IMG/VR virus record: IMGVR_UViG_3300046794_000123 | Coordinates: 14,538 to 78,537 of that record | Direction: 5' to 3' (one strand) | Length of the DNA: 64,000 nt | Source of the DNA: a virus | Shown here: positions 1 to 11,436 of the stretch, in pieces | Layout of the letters: each line of letters begins with the position of its first letter | Position numbering within the stretch: the first letter of the stretch is position 1 | Translations under genes and position numbers: made by a program | Notes under the pieces: generated by a model | What the model saw: the letters and a program-made list of their open reading frames with translations, nothing else | The model's database searches: none | Told to the model about the DNA's origin: nothing

Positions 1-1575
1 TTCGAATGCACCACCCTTGGCCGTGAGCCTGTTGGCCACTTGCTTGGCCGACGAACCATCGCTCTGCGCTGCCAGATAGTCTGCAGCCTTGATACCGGTG
101 TTGGCGATGTTCTGGCCGTCACGCTGCTGCGAACCGGCAATCAGCGAGTTGTTGAGCGACTTCGACTGGTTCGAAGCCTCACGCAATGCGTCAATCGTAG
201 GGAAGTCCGCTGCTGTTGCCTTGGCAATGGCATTGCCTGCCGGAGTCGCACCCTGCTCGGCCGGAGCCACCGAACCCGGACGAAACGAGGCAGTCTGAAT
301 TGCCGCCGGGGACGTGCTCGACTCACCCTTGGCAATCACTTCCCTTGCCTGGTTCCAGTCTGCACCCTTCAGCGCCTGAGCCTCAGCCGGAGACAGTGAA
401 GTCCACCGGCCCACCATGGCCGAAGGGTTGTTCTTGACCGTATCCCAGATTGCACTACCCACCTTGTCATGGGTGGCGAAGTCATTGATGTCAGCCTTGC
501 GCCAGTCCGAACCCAGCGCCTTGGGTGCGAAGTCTTTCCAGGTCGGGGCCGTGATCTGAAACGGACCCACATTGGAGTGACCCACACCGTCTTGCGTCTT
601 GTGGGCATCGGCCAGTGTCTTGCCGTTATCGACCACATCGCCTACGGTGTTGATGGTCGGATCTGCTTGACCGCCACCCAGCGTGAGGCGCATCGGGTTT
701 GTACCTGAGCCAGGGGAAACACTGCCGCCGCTGCCGAGCACTCCACCCGAGCCTGCCGGACCGGGTGTGATGTCCCACTTCTTGCCGAGCTTCTGGCCCA
801 CTAGTGCCTGCACTTCTGCCGGGATACCGAGCTTGTCGAGCTGGTCACGTGCACCCTGCTCGTCCGTGTTCAGACTCTGGATGTAGCCCGCCAGACGGGA
901 GGCCTGCAGATCGTTGGTCTGCTCTCGGACACCCTTCTCGAAGTTGAAGGTGCCTTGGGAATTGGAGACGGTCTTGCCGAAGCCTTCCAGGCTACCCCGG
1001 CTCAACTCGCCATACTTGGTCGGATCGACCGCTTGCAACAGAGGGCGGATGGACGGATCGTTCTCCAGTGCACGAGCACCGGCTTCGTCCCCCTGGTTCC
1101 GGCGAATCTGGATCTCGTTGATAACCGGTTGAGCCGCATTGAGTGCCGACTGGTTGCGCTGTTCGACACCCAGATCGAACTGGGTCTTGCCGGTACGTGC
1201 CTGGTCGTACTGTCCCTTCAGAATAGCCGCCGCAGCCTGCTGTGTATGAAGGTCATTGGTGACACGGTCACCCACACCCTTCTGGAGAGCGCCCAGCGTA
1301 GCCGCGCTCACACGAGTCGGATCGACACCTTGTAGGGAACCAAGGAGAGAACCGTCACCCAGTGCGGTACGCAGGCCATCTGCCGTCTGGAGACGGGAAG
1401 CCGCTTGCAGTGCGGCGTTGTCTGCCAGATCGGTCTGGGCCTGACCAAACTTTCCGAGGGCATCGGACAATCCATCGGTGCCCCTGGAAAGTAGACCAGC
1501 AGCCGTAGCCAGACCGGCAATCTCGCCGTTCCCGCCACGAGGCGCATCGACATTGCGCCAAGTCAAAACAGCCAT
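1..1575 (-). CDS. N4 gp51-like internal virion (ejection) protein, 3' end outside window; contains a lysozyme-like segment
   Basis: Manually translated open frame from ATG at 1575 (MAVLTWRNVDAP...) running off the window. Position after gp52 matches N4 order. Internal NVGPFQITAPTWKD resembles the transglycosylase GxYQxxxxTW motif. Confidence 0.7.
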   Translation of the reverse strand, partial: MAVLTWRNVDAPRGGNGEIAGLATAAGLLSRGTDGLSDALGKFGQAQTDLADNAALQAASRLQTADGLRTALGDGSLLGSLQGVDPTRVSAATLGALQKGVGDRVTNDLHTQQAAAAILKGQYDQARTGKTQFDLGVEQRNQSALNAAQPVINEIQIRRNQGDEAGARALENDPSIRPLLQAVDPTKYGELSRGSLEGFGKTVSNSQGTFNFEKGVREQTNDLQASRLAGYIQSLNTDEQGARDQLDKLGIPAEVQALVGQKLGKKWDITPGPAGSGGVLGSGGSVSPGSGTNPMRLTLGGGQADPTINTVGDVVDNGKTLADAHKTQDGVGHSNVGPFQITAPTWKDFAPKALGSDWRKADINDFATHDKVGSAIWDTVKNNPSAMVGRWTSLSPAEAQALKGADWNQAREVIAKGESSTSPAAIQTASFRPGSVAPAEQGATPAGNAIAKATAADFPTIDALREASNQSKSLNNSLIAGSQQRDGQNIANTGIKAADYLAAQSDGSSAKQVANRLTAKGGAFE

Positions 1576-1584
1576 AGGACCCCC

Positions 1585-2046
1585 TTATGCGCTGAGCCGG
1601 TTCTTGTTGATGTAGTCCTGCACCTGTTGTGCCGACTGCCCTTCAACTGCACCACGGGCCGTAGCACGGTCAGTGAGTGCCGTGTTGTACGAAGTGGTGG
1701 AGTTGACCAGATTCTTCTGGGCGAACTGCTTCTGGAAGTCGAACTGATCCTGAGCCAAGCCCAACGCCTTCAGGCCGCTGTACAGGTTTGCCAGCGTCGA
1801 GACCCCGCCCAACCCGAGTTGCAGAGTCGGGATGTTCATGCCGAGCCCGCCTGCTGCCGGAGCATTGCCCGCAGGAAGATTGAACCCGCCAGAATTCGCC
1901 CCCAGCGTCGGAGAGCTCATGCCAAAGGAGCTGAGGGAGTTGAATTCACCGGGAGCGTTCACACCCAGTCCCGTGGGAACAGTGAAGTTGTAGGGCGTCA
2001 CATTAGCACCGGCCCCAAACTGAAAGTCATTCACACCAAGAGCCAT
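1585..2046 (-). CDS. N4 gp52-like small virion protein
   Basis: 153 aa Gly/Asn-rich ORF; N4 synteny. Confidence 0.7.
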   Translation of the reverse strand: MALGVNDFQFGAGANVTPYNFTVPTGLGVNAPGEFNSLSSFGMSSPTLGANSGGFNLPAGNAPAAGGLGMNIPTLQLGLGGVSTLANLYSGLKALGLAQDQFDFQKQFAQKNLVNSTTSYNTALTDRATARGAVEGQSAQQVQDYINKNRLSA

Positions 2047-2058
2047 TTTCGGATCCTG

Positions 2059-4617
2059 TCAGATAGAGAGTGTTTGGTTGATGTCCAGAGTTAATGCGGC
2101 GAAGTTCGCAATCAAGGTGGAGTTCAACTCCGCAATGTCGCTGCCTGTCATTAGTGTTCTGTTCAGAAAGACAGAAGGAGGTTCTGGCGTAAAGGCCCGC
2201 AAGGAGCCAACAGTGGAGTCCGTGAGAGTCAGCGGATCGATGGACCCCATATCATTGCCCAGAACATCAGCGTACTGGTCAGCTACGCCTTTCATCTGCG
2301 TATTGTACTGATCAAGCATGTCCTGTGTCTGCTTCAGAACATCCTTAATCTCGGCCTGCTCGTATTCCACGATGCCGTTGCCGACCGCATTGGTGATGGC
2401 CAGGATGTTCTGTGGCGAGGTGAGCGAGCTCAGACCCTCGGTCCAGCCACCGCCATTAGCGACGCCTGCACCATAGACGATCATCACCACGGCAGCCACA
2501 GCCTGCACGATGGCCCCAACCTTATCCCCGAAAAGGGACTTGGCTGCCATGCCAATGACCTGGAGCAGGATCATCGATGCAATCATGGTGATGGCCATGC
2601 CCGCAATGATCGCAGCGGTGCCAGTGAGCCCGATCGCCGCACCGATCGCCCCATAGGCTTGCAGCGCTGGTCCGGTACCTGCACCCCAGGTCAGATAGGT
2701 GATGACGATGATGATAATGATCATGATCACCGTGAAGATCCCAGTCTGATACCACTTCTGCTTCACCACCTGATAGCAGTTGAAGACAAGGTAGCAGCAG
2801 GCCGTGCTCATCTGGGTGGCGTCCACAATGGACATTGACCGGTAGATCTCCTCGTGCAACGGGATGATGAAGCCCGACTCCTCGGTGTCCCGGATCGCAT
2901 CCGTGATCCCAATGTCGACCGACTTGCCGTTGTAAACGAAGTTCTGGTGTACCAGCCCATACAGGGTGAAGGCCTTCCAGTTGTTGTCATCCACCTGCCA
3001 GTAGAGCGTGACGCTGGATACCTGGTAGCTCGTCACGAACGGAGGCACGCTCGGATCCTGACTGGTTCGGATCGTCTTCTGGAAGACATCGGCACCATTG
3101 ATCTTCCACCAGATATCCCCTGCCTTGTGCGCAGGATCAGCCAGGCCTGCCCCGAAGGTATCCACGATGCCGTTCCACGAGATCTTCATATCGAAGTTGA
3201 TGTTGCTCGTCTTCGACGTTTTGATCTCGATCGATTGGGTAGGCAGACTCGGAAAAGGCGCAATCGCCGGAGCTGGCTGGCTCGAACCCAGGCCGCCGTG
3301 GGCCAACACCCAGTCGTTGTAGGCCAGCTGGCTGGCCTGAGCGATCGCCCACTGTGCCTTGAACTGGGTGTATTCGTGGTGAGGGAAGGAAGCCGAATCC
3401 AGGATCGATTCGAAGAATGCCCAGAGGTATTTCTTCGACGCCAGCTCGGCCACATTCACCGACACGCCAAACACAATATAGGCGTAGTCGATATCACCAA
3501 TCGAGGCATTGTCGTTGATCTTGTCCACCACATCATCGAAGTGGCCACCGGTGGCTTTCTTCAGAGCCCGCTTGGCGAGCGCATACACGTTCGGCTGATA
3601 CGTGGGCGAGACCATCCGATTGTCGATGCGCACCGGAATGTACGGGAAGAACGTGCCCATGTTGGCCGGTGCGTTGAACATCGCATCGAGCACAGCGTTG
3701 CCGGAGCCAAGGGGATAAATGAAGATGTTCAGTCCCGACTGCACCGAGTTCGTGAGCTCCTGTGTATCGATCCGGTACCAGCGAGTGGTGACCGGCACAC
3801 CACCCTGCGCAACGATCGTCTGCACCATCGTAATGATCTGACGAGTCGAGTGCGTACGAGACGGGTTGGCCGGATCAATCCCCAGGTACGTCGTCTTCTG
3901 GAACACGGTGTTCGTGTTCATCCCCTGCGTGGTGACATTGGCCAGGACAAGCGTCACCGGAGTGAGCGTGTTCGAGACCAGTGTCCAGCCAGTTGTATCC
4001 GGGAAAGCCGTATTAGCATCCAGGTTCACCTGACTGCCCGGTACCACGGGACCATCCGTCCCACCTGAAATTAAGGTATAGGCTGCGAAAAGGAACTTCG
4101 CCTCCGGGTTGAAGCCAGCCGGAGAGAAGCTTTCCTTGGTTCCATCGGCGTAGGTGACGACTGCCTGACCATTCAGATAGTCGCAGTGCCAGTTCGTCTC
4201 GATGAGTGTCGGATGATGAGCGAGGATGTATTGCTCGGCCCACCAGGTGATATCCGCGTAGCCCAGATCACTTTCCTGGATCAGCACAGTCTGTCCGGCC
4301 GGTGCCGGAATCTGTGCCGCCAGCTGCTCATTGTTGAGCGAGTTACCGGTGATGATCTGGCCGGAGGTAAAGCCCACCGTATCACTGTAGCCGGAGCTGC
4401 TGCCCGGACTCGCCCACCGGGCAAACGAGCGCAGTTGCAAACCGGGACCGTTCTTGTAGGCGCTGGAGATCACATCACCCAGCGACTGGTTACCCGAACC
4501 AATCCTGCTGGAGGCCACCGTCGATTTCAGGTAGTTCGCACGCTTGTTGACATCCCCGGCCATGTTGTACACGACCGAGGAGACAAAGGTTTCTGAGCCG
4601 CCGCCAAAGAAGCCCAT
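2059..4617 (-). CDS. N4 gp53-like virion/tail protein with hydrophobic C-terminal region
   Basis: 852 aa ORF, TM-like stretches near C-terminus; N4 synteny. Confidence 0.7.
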   Translation of the reverse strand: MGFFGGGSETFVSSVVYNMAGDVNKRANYLKSTVASSRIGSGNQSLGDVISSAYKNGPGLQLRSFARWASPGSSSGYSDTVGFTSGQIITGNSLNNEQLAAQIPAPAGQTVLIQESDLGYADITWWAEQYILAHHPTLIETNWHCDYLNGQAVVTYADGTKESFSPAGFNPEAKFLFAAYTLISGGTDGPVVPGSQVNLDANTAFPDTTGWTLVSNTLTPVTLVLANVTTQGMNTNTVFQKTTYLGIDPANPSRTHSTRQIITMVQTIVAQGGVPVTTRWYRIDTQELTNSVQSGLNIFIYPLGSGNAVLDAMFNAPANMGTFFPYIPVRIDNRMVSPTYQPNVYALAKRALKKATGGHFDDVVDKINDNASIGDIDYAYIVFGVSVNVAELASKKYLWAFFESILDSASFPHHEYTQFKAQWAIAQASQLAYNDWVLAHGGLGSSQPAPAIAPFPSLPTQSIEIKTSKTSNINFDMKISWNGIVDTFGAGLADPAHKAGDIWWKINGADVFQKTIRTSQDPSVPPFVTSYQVSSVTLYWQVDDNNWKAFTLYGLVHQNFVYNGKSVDIGITDAIRDTEESGFIIPLHEEIYRSMSIVDATQMSTACCYLVFNCYQVVKQKWYQTGIFTVIMIIIIIVITYLTWGAGTGPALQAYGAIGAAIGLTGTAAIIAGMAITMIASMILLQVIGMAAKSLFGDKVGAIVQAVAAVVMIVYGAGVANGGGWTEGLSSLTSPQNILAITNAVGNGIVEYEQAEIKDVLKQTQDMLDQYNTQMKGVADQYADVLGNDMGSIDPLTLTDSTVGSLRAFTPEPPSVFLNRTLMTGSDIAELNSTLIANFAALTLDINQTLSI

Positions 4618-4618
4618 A

Positions 4619-5482
4619 TCAGCCCAACTGGTTGTTGGTCTTCAGCGCAGTCAGGACCGTATCGAGCGAGGCATTGGTGAACCCGTTCGGAGGCACCAGA
4701 CCTTCATCGATCGTCTTCATCGTGATCCATGCATCCGAGAAGATCTTCGATGCCTTCACTTCAGCGTCCCGCTGGTAGCTGATGATCTGCTGGGCGTAGA
4801 GCTTCTTCTGGGAACCAACCGAACCAGTCACCACCGTGCCATCGGTACGGGTGTCCATCGTCTGGGCACGTTGTCCTTCGGTCTGTTCCGAGACGAGCCC
4901 CTGTTGCTTCTGCACGAGCGTGAGCTGAGCAGGCAGCATATTGTCGTTCTGGAACTTGAGCTGACCATACTGGGCATCTTCCGTACCGATCTTGGCCTTG
5001 GTGAGAGCCAGGGTGACCTTGGCCGTCTCCGCTTCGATGCGTGCCCGCACTGCCTGGTACTTGATCGTCTCCAGCTGCACACGAGCAGTGACCGCGGCGA
5101 TCTGCGCATTGACCGACTGCCAGTACGCAGCATCCCGGCCAAGCAGGTATTGCACCGCATTCTGGAGCACTGCACCGGTCAGTGCTGAATATGCCTTGGT
5201 GTACTCTGCTCCGGTGATACGGCCCTTCTCGTACTCGCTCTGGAGCTGCGCTTTCAGGCCCTGCATCATCACATCGAACGTGCCCGTGCCATCGGTCTTG
5301 CCGTTGGTGAAGTCTGCGTTCGTGAGCTTGGCGACTTCCTGATACGCCGGGGAGTCCGTATCGGAAGCCACTTTGTAGATGTCGGCCGTCAGGTCCAGCG
5401 GCTCGACTGCAATGGGTGTCCCAGCCATCAGGAGGCTGTAGACCAGATTTGCATCGGTATCAATACCGTACGGTGCAGGCAT
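4619..5482 (-). CDS. N4 gp54-like structural protein
   Basis: 287 aa ORF with GTGTFDVMM...EYEKGRITGAEY motif; N4 synteny. Confidence 0.75.
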   Translation of the reverse strand: MPAPYGIDTDANLVYSLLMAGTPIAVEPLDLTADIYKVASDTDSPAYQEVAKLTNADFTNGKTDGTGTFDVMMQGLKAQLQSEYEKGRITGAEYTKAYSALTGAVLQNAVQYLLGRDAAYWQSVNAQIAAVTARVQLETIKYQAVRARIEAETAKVTLALTKAKIGTEDAQYGQLKFQNDNMLPAQLTLVQKQQGLVSEQTEGQRAQTMDTRTDGTVVTGSVGSQKKLYAQQIISYQRDAEVKASKIFSDAWITMKTIDEGLVPPNGFTNASLDTVLTALKTNNQLG

Positions 5483-5504
5483 GTTCTTTTCCTTGGCTCA
5501 AAAC

Positions 5505-5539
5505 AAAAGACCCGCCCAGTAGATGAGCGGGCCTCTTTT
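5505..5539. terminator. Intrinsic terminator-like hairpin
   Basis: aaaagacccgccc...gagcgggcctctttt, imperfect stem with A/T tails on both sides. Confidence 0.55.
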
Positions 5540-5556
5540 CATGAAAGACGGCGGCT

Positions 5557-6168
5557 TTACTCGCCCGGTGCTTCGATGGAACCGGCTGCGATCTGGGCGG
5601 TGGCCAGCTGGTCGATATCCTTCTGCGAGAGTTGCGGCAGCACCTCGATGGCGAATTCCTTGGACATCGATGTCTCGACTCGGGTCGTTCCCGTGCGCTT
5701 GTCCTTGACCGTGCGGATGTTCAGAAAGCGCCGAGCTTCGAGTGTCTTGTAGAGGATGTTCGGGATGTGATAGCCGCCATCCGTCGCCTCGCCGTAGGGA
5801 ATGAACTTCTTGACGTTGCCCAGGTACTCGTTGGCCACCGTCAGCAATTCACCCGGCAGATTCGCCTTCTTCGGGTCCAGACACTGGATCCGTACACGAA
5901 TGAGCTTCATCTCCTCGTCGTGCAGGTGTTGGCGCAGAGTCTTTTTCTTGACCGGCGTATTCTGGCCGATCAGCGGATTGGCCGGATGCACGTCCGTGCT
6001 CGGTGCAGCTTCTTCGGTCGTCTCGCCCATCTTCTCGGCAATCTTCGCCTTGAGGGTTTCGACGGAACTGTTGTTGGACACTGCAATGCCCATCAGCTTG
6101 GCACGATCGAGCAGCAGTTGTTTCTCGGTGGGCTGGTTCTCAGCCGGATCTTTGAGGAGTTCGCTCAT
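5557..6168 (-). CDS. N4 gp55-like protein
   Basis: Start MSELLKDP preceded by AAGGAAG RBS; follows the capsid gene as in N4. Confidence 0.7.
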   Translation of the reverse strand: MSELLKDPAENQPTEKQLLLDRAKLMGIAVSNNSSVETLKAKIAEKMGETTEEAAPSTDVHPANPLIGQNTPVKKKTLRQHLHDEEMKLIRVRIQCLDPKKANLPGELLTVANEYLGNVKKFIPYGEATDGGYHIPNILYKTLEARRFLNIRTVKDKRTGTTRVETSMSKEFAIEVLPQLSQKDIDQLATAQIAAGSIEAPGE

Positions 6169-6254
6169 GATGTCTTCCTTGGTTCTTTGAATCAGGAGCC
6201 AAGGGAAAGGAGACTGCGGGGACAATCTCCTTTCCTCTGGTTCAGCCGGACTGC

Positions 6255-7484
6255 TTAGACCGGTGCGACGGTCTTGATCAGACCAATCCGTTCCGGGCGC
6301 TTGATCAAGATGCCGTAGTACCACTTGATCGAGCTGAAGCCTTGCTCACCATACGGGTCCGTCTTGTCGGCGGTGGCCTGGCCCGGCATCTTCGTGAGCA
6401 CGCTGAACTTGACCGTCTTGCCGTCCGTCTGGAAGCCGATCGTCGTGAACGAATCGTCACCGATGCAGAGCATCGGGAAGATGTCGTAGTGCTCAGAGCC
6501 ACCCACCGTCGAGGAACGGTAGCCGGGGTTGTCCGTCACCACCGCACCAGCGCCCGCCCAGTGCAGCATTTCCGGCACCTGGATGAAGCGGAACTTGCCG
6601 ATGGTGCCGACTTCGCCGTTCATGATCGTGCCAGCATCGCCGTAGTGCTGCACTTCGATGAAGGCCTTGTTGCCGAACAAATCGGTGATGGCCATGAGCG
6701 CCGGGACCAGCTCCGAGCCCACGAACATGATGCGCGTCGCACCGATCACCTTCGTATCCACCAGACGGGAACCCGTGATGATGGTCGTCGAAGTCGGCGT
6801 GCGGTTGTCGGTCAGGATCTGATCCAGGCGGATCAGGTTCTTGTACGACACCACCGAGGCCGGGATTTCCGGCACCGGACCCGCAGCCGGCGTCACTTCA
6901 CCGGTCACCGTCGCATCCGAGGTGGCCGCACCTGCGAACAGGACGACACCGGGAGCAGCGAGCAGATCCTTCTGCAGCACGGCTTCCGTGATCTGCACGG
7001 CACCATTCATGAGCTCGGTCGACAGATGCGACATGAGCTCGGCGTCCGAGTCGAAGTCGAGCGACTCTTGCGTGAACTCGGTGAAGAAACCGAACTTGTG
7101 AATCGATCCTTCACGCTCCAGACGGGTGAAGCCGACCCGGTTCACGCGGCCACCGTTTTCGCTGAGCGTCGGCAGCTTCGAGGTGATCGTGCCGATGTCC
7201 TTCGACGAACCGTACAGGTTGCCATTGGCAATCGTAGCGCCGGTAGCGTCGATGCCTTGATCGTTGATGTTGCGTGCGTCGAGCAGCGGCACATACTCGT
7301 ACACCTTGATCTTCTTGCCGTAGTTCTTCGGCATGTTGGTGACCGAGGCGAGCGGCATGAAATACTGCTCTTTGCGGGCGGTGATGATTGCCTTCTTCAG
7401 CCAGAAGAAGGTGTTCATCTGGTCCGACGAAGCCGAGTCGATGCTCGACTTCTGACCTTCAGCAGGGGCGTTGTAATTCAACAT
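6255..7484 (-). CDS. Major capsid protein (N4 gp56 family)
   Basis: 409 aa MLNYNAP...[32 protein letters not shown], typical of the N4-gp56 MCP. Confidence 0.92.
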   Translation of the reverse strand: MLNYNAPAEGQKSSIDSASSDQMNTFFWLKKAIITARKEQYFMPLASVTNMPKNYGKKIKVYEYVPLLDARNINDQGIDATGATIANGNLYGSSKDIGTITSKLPTLSENGGRVNRVGFTRLEREGSIHKFGFFTEFTQESLDFDSDAELMSHLSTELMNGAVQITEAVLQKDLLAAPGVVLFAGAATSDATVTGEVTPAAGPVPEIPASVVSYKNLIRLDQILTDNRTPTSTTIITGSRLVDTKVIGATRIMFVGSELVPALMAITDLFGNKAFIEVQHYGDAGTIMNGEVGTIGKFRFIQVPEMLHWAGAGAVVTDNPGYRSSTVGGSEHYDIFPMLCIGDDSFTTIGFQTDGKTVKFSVLTKMPGQATADKTDPYGEQGFSSIKWYYGILIKRPERIGLIKTVAPV

Positions 7485-7501
7485 GAGTCAGGTTTCCCTT
7501 T

Positions 7502-8770
7502 TCAAACACGGTTATGGAACGTTTTCAGAAACTCTTCATCGCTCATGGCGAGCGGATTGACGAGCTTCTTGACCTCTCCGGGAGTGCTCCGCGTTGCCGC
7601 AGCGGCACTTGCCTGATCGTTGTTCGTGACCGAAGCCTTCGGGGTGACGACTCGTGTTGCGACTGGCTCTTTCACAGCGGGCTTTTCAACTTCGCTTGAG
7701 CCAGAGGAGGCGGGGGATTCCGTGACGTTGGGTTTAGCCAGATCGTTGAAAGCGCCCGCCTTCTGCAACGCATCGCCCACGACCTGGTAGGCCTGGATGA
7801 ACGGCAGATCAGCTGGAATGGCCCCCAATGTCCGCTGGCGATTCACTTCAGCTTCGATACGGGCGTAAATGCCCATCTCGCGCTGCTCGTGCATCACCTG
7901 CATGATTGCAGGGTTCTCCCACAGCACTTCCTTACTGGACTTGTCCCATGTCGAGTTGATTGTCTGAAGTGTCGCTTTACCCTCCTGGTGCGAGTTCAAC
8001 TCGTCCAGAGTGGTGCGGAAATTCGCTTCAGCATCACTGACCTGGTGATTCCCACCAAGGTAGTTTGAATCTTCGCTGGTATCGATGGACAAGGGATCGA
8101 CGCCCTTGTCCTTCAGCAGCTTCTGGATTGCCTTGGTGTCGCCGTTGTTCAGGTCGATTAAGAACGAGAGCTTCTCCGGGTCCAGCAGCTGGTTGTTCTC
8201 CAGCATCAGCAGCGTCTTTCGATGCGGCTGAATGTCCTGCATCTTGCGGGTGTAGTTGGCCCCCATCTGCATCAGCTGGATGACTTCCTGCGGATCCCGC
8301 AGCTCAATCATCTTGCCGTTCGCTTTGAACGGGGCCATCACCTGCTTGTAGAAACCTTCGTAGTCGACAGGTCCAGTCTGGGCAGCTGGCTTGGTTTCGA
8401 CGGTACTGTCCGTCTTCTCCTTGCCCTGGGCGTCCTTCGCTTCGTCTGCCGACTTGGCGAGAGGATCACTTGCAGTTGCTTCGTCCTTCTTGGTTTCCTT
8501 CGACTCCGCAATGGTCGGAACGTTACCACCATTCACCTCTGGTTTACTAGAGGCTTCTTGCGTGGATGCAACATTCGACGCATCAACAACTGCGACTTCA
8601 GCCGGTTTGACTTCAGTTGCTGCGTTGTTGACTTCGGTGTTCGTTTCGCTGGGCTTGTCGTTGGAGACTTCCTGAATCACCTCTACCGGCTCGGAGCCAG
8701 GGAAAGGCTGATTCAGGAAGTCCTCATCGTCCATTGCCAGCGGATTGGTATCCGTGGCTTGGGTCGTCAT
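7502..8770 (-). CDS. N4 gp57-like protein (scaffold / often annotated tape measure)
   Basis: 422 aa, acidic low-complexity ends, PFKANGK...MQMGANY core. Confidence 0.8.
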   Translation of the reverse strand: MTTQATDTNPLAMDDEDFLNQPFPGSEPVEVIQEVSNDKPSETNTEVNNAATEVKPAEVAVVDASNVASTQEASSKPEVNGGNVPTIAESKETKKDEATASDPLAKSADEAKDAQGKEKTDSTVETKPAAQTGPVDYEGFYKQVMAPFKANGKMIELRDPQEVIQLMQMGANYTRKMQDIQPHRKTLLMLENNQLLDPEKLSFLIDLNNGDTKAIQKLLKDKGVDPLSIDTSEDSNYLGGNHQVSDAEANFRTTLDELNSHQEGKATLQTINSTWDKSSKEVLWENPAIMQVMHEQREMGIYARIEAEVNRQRTLGAIPADLPFIQAYQVVGDALQKAGAFNDLAKPNVTESPASSGSSEVEKPAVKEPVATRVVTPKASVTNNDQASAAAATRSTPGEVKKLVNPLAMSDEEFLKTFHNRV

Positions 8771-9120
8771 TCGGCGTTAGCCTCCCCTTCTTCTGCACGG
8801 AGCTGCTCGATCGTGCTTTCGATCTCGGGCAGCTGCTCGGCCGCCGAGTTGCCCATCTGGATCTGGAAATTCAACCAGCGCTTGAAGTGACCTGCCGCCT
8901 GTGCCATCGCCAGTGCATCGGCGCGTTGACGATCCGAGAGTGCCGGATCCGCCGACTCTCGTGCGTAGCGTGCGCATTCCTTCTCGAAGTACTCTTCACG
9001 CACCACTCGCTTGAACTCACGGTTCTCGGTGAGCTTCAGAATCTGATCGCGGAAAGCGATGACTTTCTTGGCCTCTTCGAGTCCCGTTTCGAGTTGCTGA
9101 AGATCGGTAGGTTCTTGCAT
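8767..9120 (-). CDS. N4 gp58-like protein
   Basis: 117 aa helical ORF between portal and gp57. Confidence 0.7.
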   Translation of the reverse strand: MQEPTDLQQLETGLEEAKKVIAFRDQILKLTENREFKRVVREEYFEKECARYARESADPALSDRQRADALAMAQAAGHFKRWLNFQIQMGNSAAEQLPEIESTIEQLRAEEGEANAE

Positions 9121-9165
9121 TTGAGGCGTCCTTGACTATAAAGATAGGTTGAATGATCCAGCGTT

Positions 9166-11436
9166 TTAGGCCGGTATTCCTTGGTTCACGGGGGCAGGTT
9201 GTACCCCAAAGTTAACTTGGGGAATTGTAGGGTTTGCTGCGGTCTGTTGTCCAGCACCGGATTGTGCTTTTGACAGTGCGTTGTACCCTACAGCAGCAGG
9301 AATATCCGGCTTCGACTCCGCCCCATTAGCCTGCTTTCTTGGTTTGAGCAACGCATTGGTGACGGCCAGTGCCTGATTGCCTTCAGCCTGCCCTGCCTGC
9401 TTTTCCATGTCCCGAGCATGTTTGGTGCCGGTTTCCTGCTCGACGTAATCGAGGTTGGTCTTGTCAGCAGTCGCCCCTGCGGCACGAGCCTGAGCCTCAT
9501 ACATCTGAGCCTGAGCCTGGTTCTTCGCAATCTCAGACTGAAGCTTCTGGGCTTCGAGCTGCTGCATCTGCTGCTGGAATGGATCGGGCTGCGGCTGGAA
9601 GGTAGCAATCTTGTGAGCCAGTTCCGGCATTCTCTTGAGCTTGGCAATCTCACTCAGAATGAGTGCCCGGAAACTCCAGTCGGTCGTCGGCCCCATGGTC
9701 TGCATCATGAAGGCCAGATCCTGAGACTTCTGGTTGTCCACCTCAGCCGTCGAGATGTCCACGTCCAGATCGAAGTTGCCGATGAGCTCATCCCGATTGA
9801 CGGACACGAACTCTTCATTGGTCACTCGGACAACTTCCTTGTCCGACATGAAGGCCTGATTCATCGAGATGACCTTGCTGCCGATCTCGCTCATGCCCGT
9901 CGCCAGTCTCCGGAGGATGGCCATTTCACGCTTGCTGGCAGCATCCAGTGCTCCCCGTATGCCGGCAGCGACATCGCCATACGCTTCACCCGACATCCCG
10001 CCTGAGAAGGATTTGACGCCGGTGAGGGCTTCTGCGTCCTGGTTCATCAGTTGCACCATGGTGAGCGCCGAGTTCGGCAGCTCCGGGTACTTGTGCTCGA
10101 TGAGCCCGTTCTGCACCGGCATGTTCGGGTTGAACTCGTAGTCCTGCCCGTTCTCGTAGCGGCGACGATTCACCACATCGAGCATGCCCTTGGCGAAACC
10201 CTGCTGACCATTGGCCGAACGTCCCAAGAGATCGATCATGCCGCGAGTCACTGCACCCAGAATCTTCTGGTTGTCCTCCAGCACCTCCGCATCCGGCTCA
10301 CCGTAGGCGGCGCGTTTGATCGGCAGATACGGCACCACGACGAAGGGAATCTTCTGGTCGGGGAACGGATTCAACTCCATCCGGACCATCGTGTTGGCGA
10401 TCCAGGTCGCCACGATCGGCACCAGCGTCCCATCGCCATTCACGTCATAGACGCCCCAGTATTCGTAGGCCACGACCTTCTTGCGAGGCGCATCCCGGAA
10501 CTGGAAGTCCTGCGGCGTGTTGGTGGCGTGGTCGGGATCTTGGACTGCCGAAGCCCCTTCCCAGTTGACCTGGTCCAGGTTCTTGTAGCGCTGCGGTTCC
10601 TTGAGCAGCTCGGCCTTGTTGGTCTCGAACGAGACGACTGCGAACAGTGCCTTGCTCGGATCCCCGTTACAGCTCGGGTCGAGGTAAAAGTTCCGGATGT
10701 CGATCACTTCGATCGTCGGACGATTCTCCACCAGCTTGTCGGTCAGCACCGTCTCTACGCCAGCCTGCACGGCATAGGTCGCCTGCCCCGTTTCCTGGTA
10801 GTGAGAGACGGCCGACTGCATCTCGGGAGGCACAGTATCCGCATAGGTATGAGGATCTTCCTGAGCCAGGGAGATAGCCTGTTGCAGCGCCAGAAGCTGT
10901 TCCTGCGTCTCGATCTGGAAGTGCTTGAACACCGGCACTTGCTGCTTGATCTTGGTGGTGACCCGCTTCCAGCCGAGCCGCACCACGGATGTCCCTTCAT
11001 CGACCGTGCAGCGCACGAAGTCGTCAATGAACTTCACCCGGTTCATCTTGGTCTTGAACTGCCAGTTGAGTACGAGCTCATTCTGGTCGGCTGCCTTCTT
11101 GTCTTCCCAGCTGGTGGGCGAGACCTTGAACAGCTTGTTCGAGCCAAGGAAAGGCTCAGTCAGCGCAGGATAGCGCCACTCCGCTTGCCGGCGAATGAGC
11201 TTTGGCTGAACGGACGAACGCCCCTTGATCTTCTGGGGAGCCGCCTTGCCCTTGACCTCCGTCAACTCAATCCAGTGGTTGATCTTGGCCACCTGGGCAT
11301 CATGGCTGGGCTTGGCCGCTTCCAGATCCCCTTTCAGTACCTGGATCGACGGCTCGTTTTTCCACGTGGTCAGCTTCTGCTCGACAGCCGTCGAGGGCAG
11401 GATCTGATCCGGAGATTGCGTTTGCAGTTGTGTCAT
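9166..11436 (-). CDS. Portal protein (N4 gp59)
   Basis: 756 aa, WKNEP...[22 protein letters not shown] motif of N4 portals. Confidence 0.92.
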   Translation of the reverse strand: MTQLQTQSPDQILPSTAVEQKLTTWKNEPSIQVLKGDLEAAKPSHDAQVAKINHWIELTEVKGKAAPQKIKGRSSVQPKLIRRQAEWRYPALTEPFLGSNKLFKVSPTSWEDKKAADQNELVLNWQFKTKMNRVKFIDDFVRCTVDEGTSVVRLGWKRVTTKIKQQVPVFKHFQIETQEQLLALQQAISLAQEDPHTYADTVPPEMQSAVSHYQETGQATYAVQAGVETVLTDKLVENRPTIEVIDIRNFYLDPSCNGDPSKALFAVVSFETNKAELLKEPQRYKNLDQVNWEGASAVQDPDHATNTPQDFQFRDAPRKKVVAYEYWGVYDVNGDGTLVPIVATWIANTMVRMELNPFPDQKIPFVVVPYLPIKRAAYGEPDAEVLEDNQKILGAVTRGMIDLLGRSANGQQGFAKGMLDVVNRRRYENGQDYEFNPNMPVQNGLIEHKYPELPNSALTMVQLMNQDAEALTGVKSFSGGMSGEAYGDVAAGIRGALDAASKREMAILRRLATGMSEIGSKVISMNQAFMSDKEVVRVTNEEFVSVNRDELIGNFDLDVDISTAEVDNQKSQDLAFMMQTMGPTTDWSFRALILSEIAKLKRMPELAHKIATFQPQPDPFQQQMQQLEAQKLQSEIAKNQAQAQMYEAQARAAGATADKTNLDYVEQETGTKHARDMEKQAGQAEGNQALAVTNALLKPRKQANGAESKPDIPAAVGYNALSKAQSGAGQQTAANPTIPQVNFGVQPAPVNQGIPA

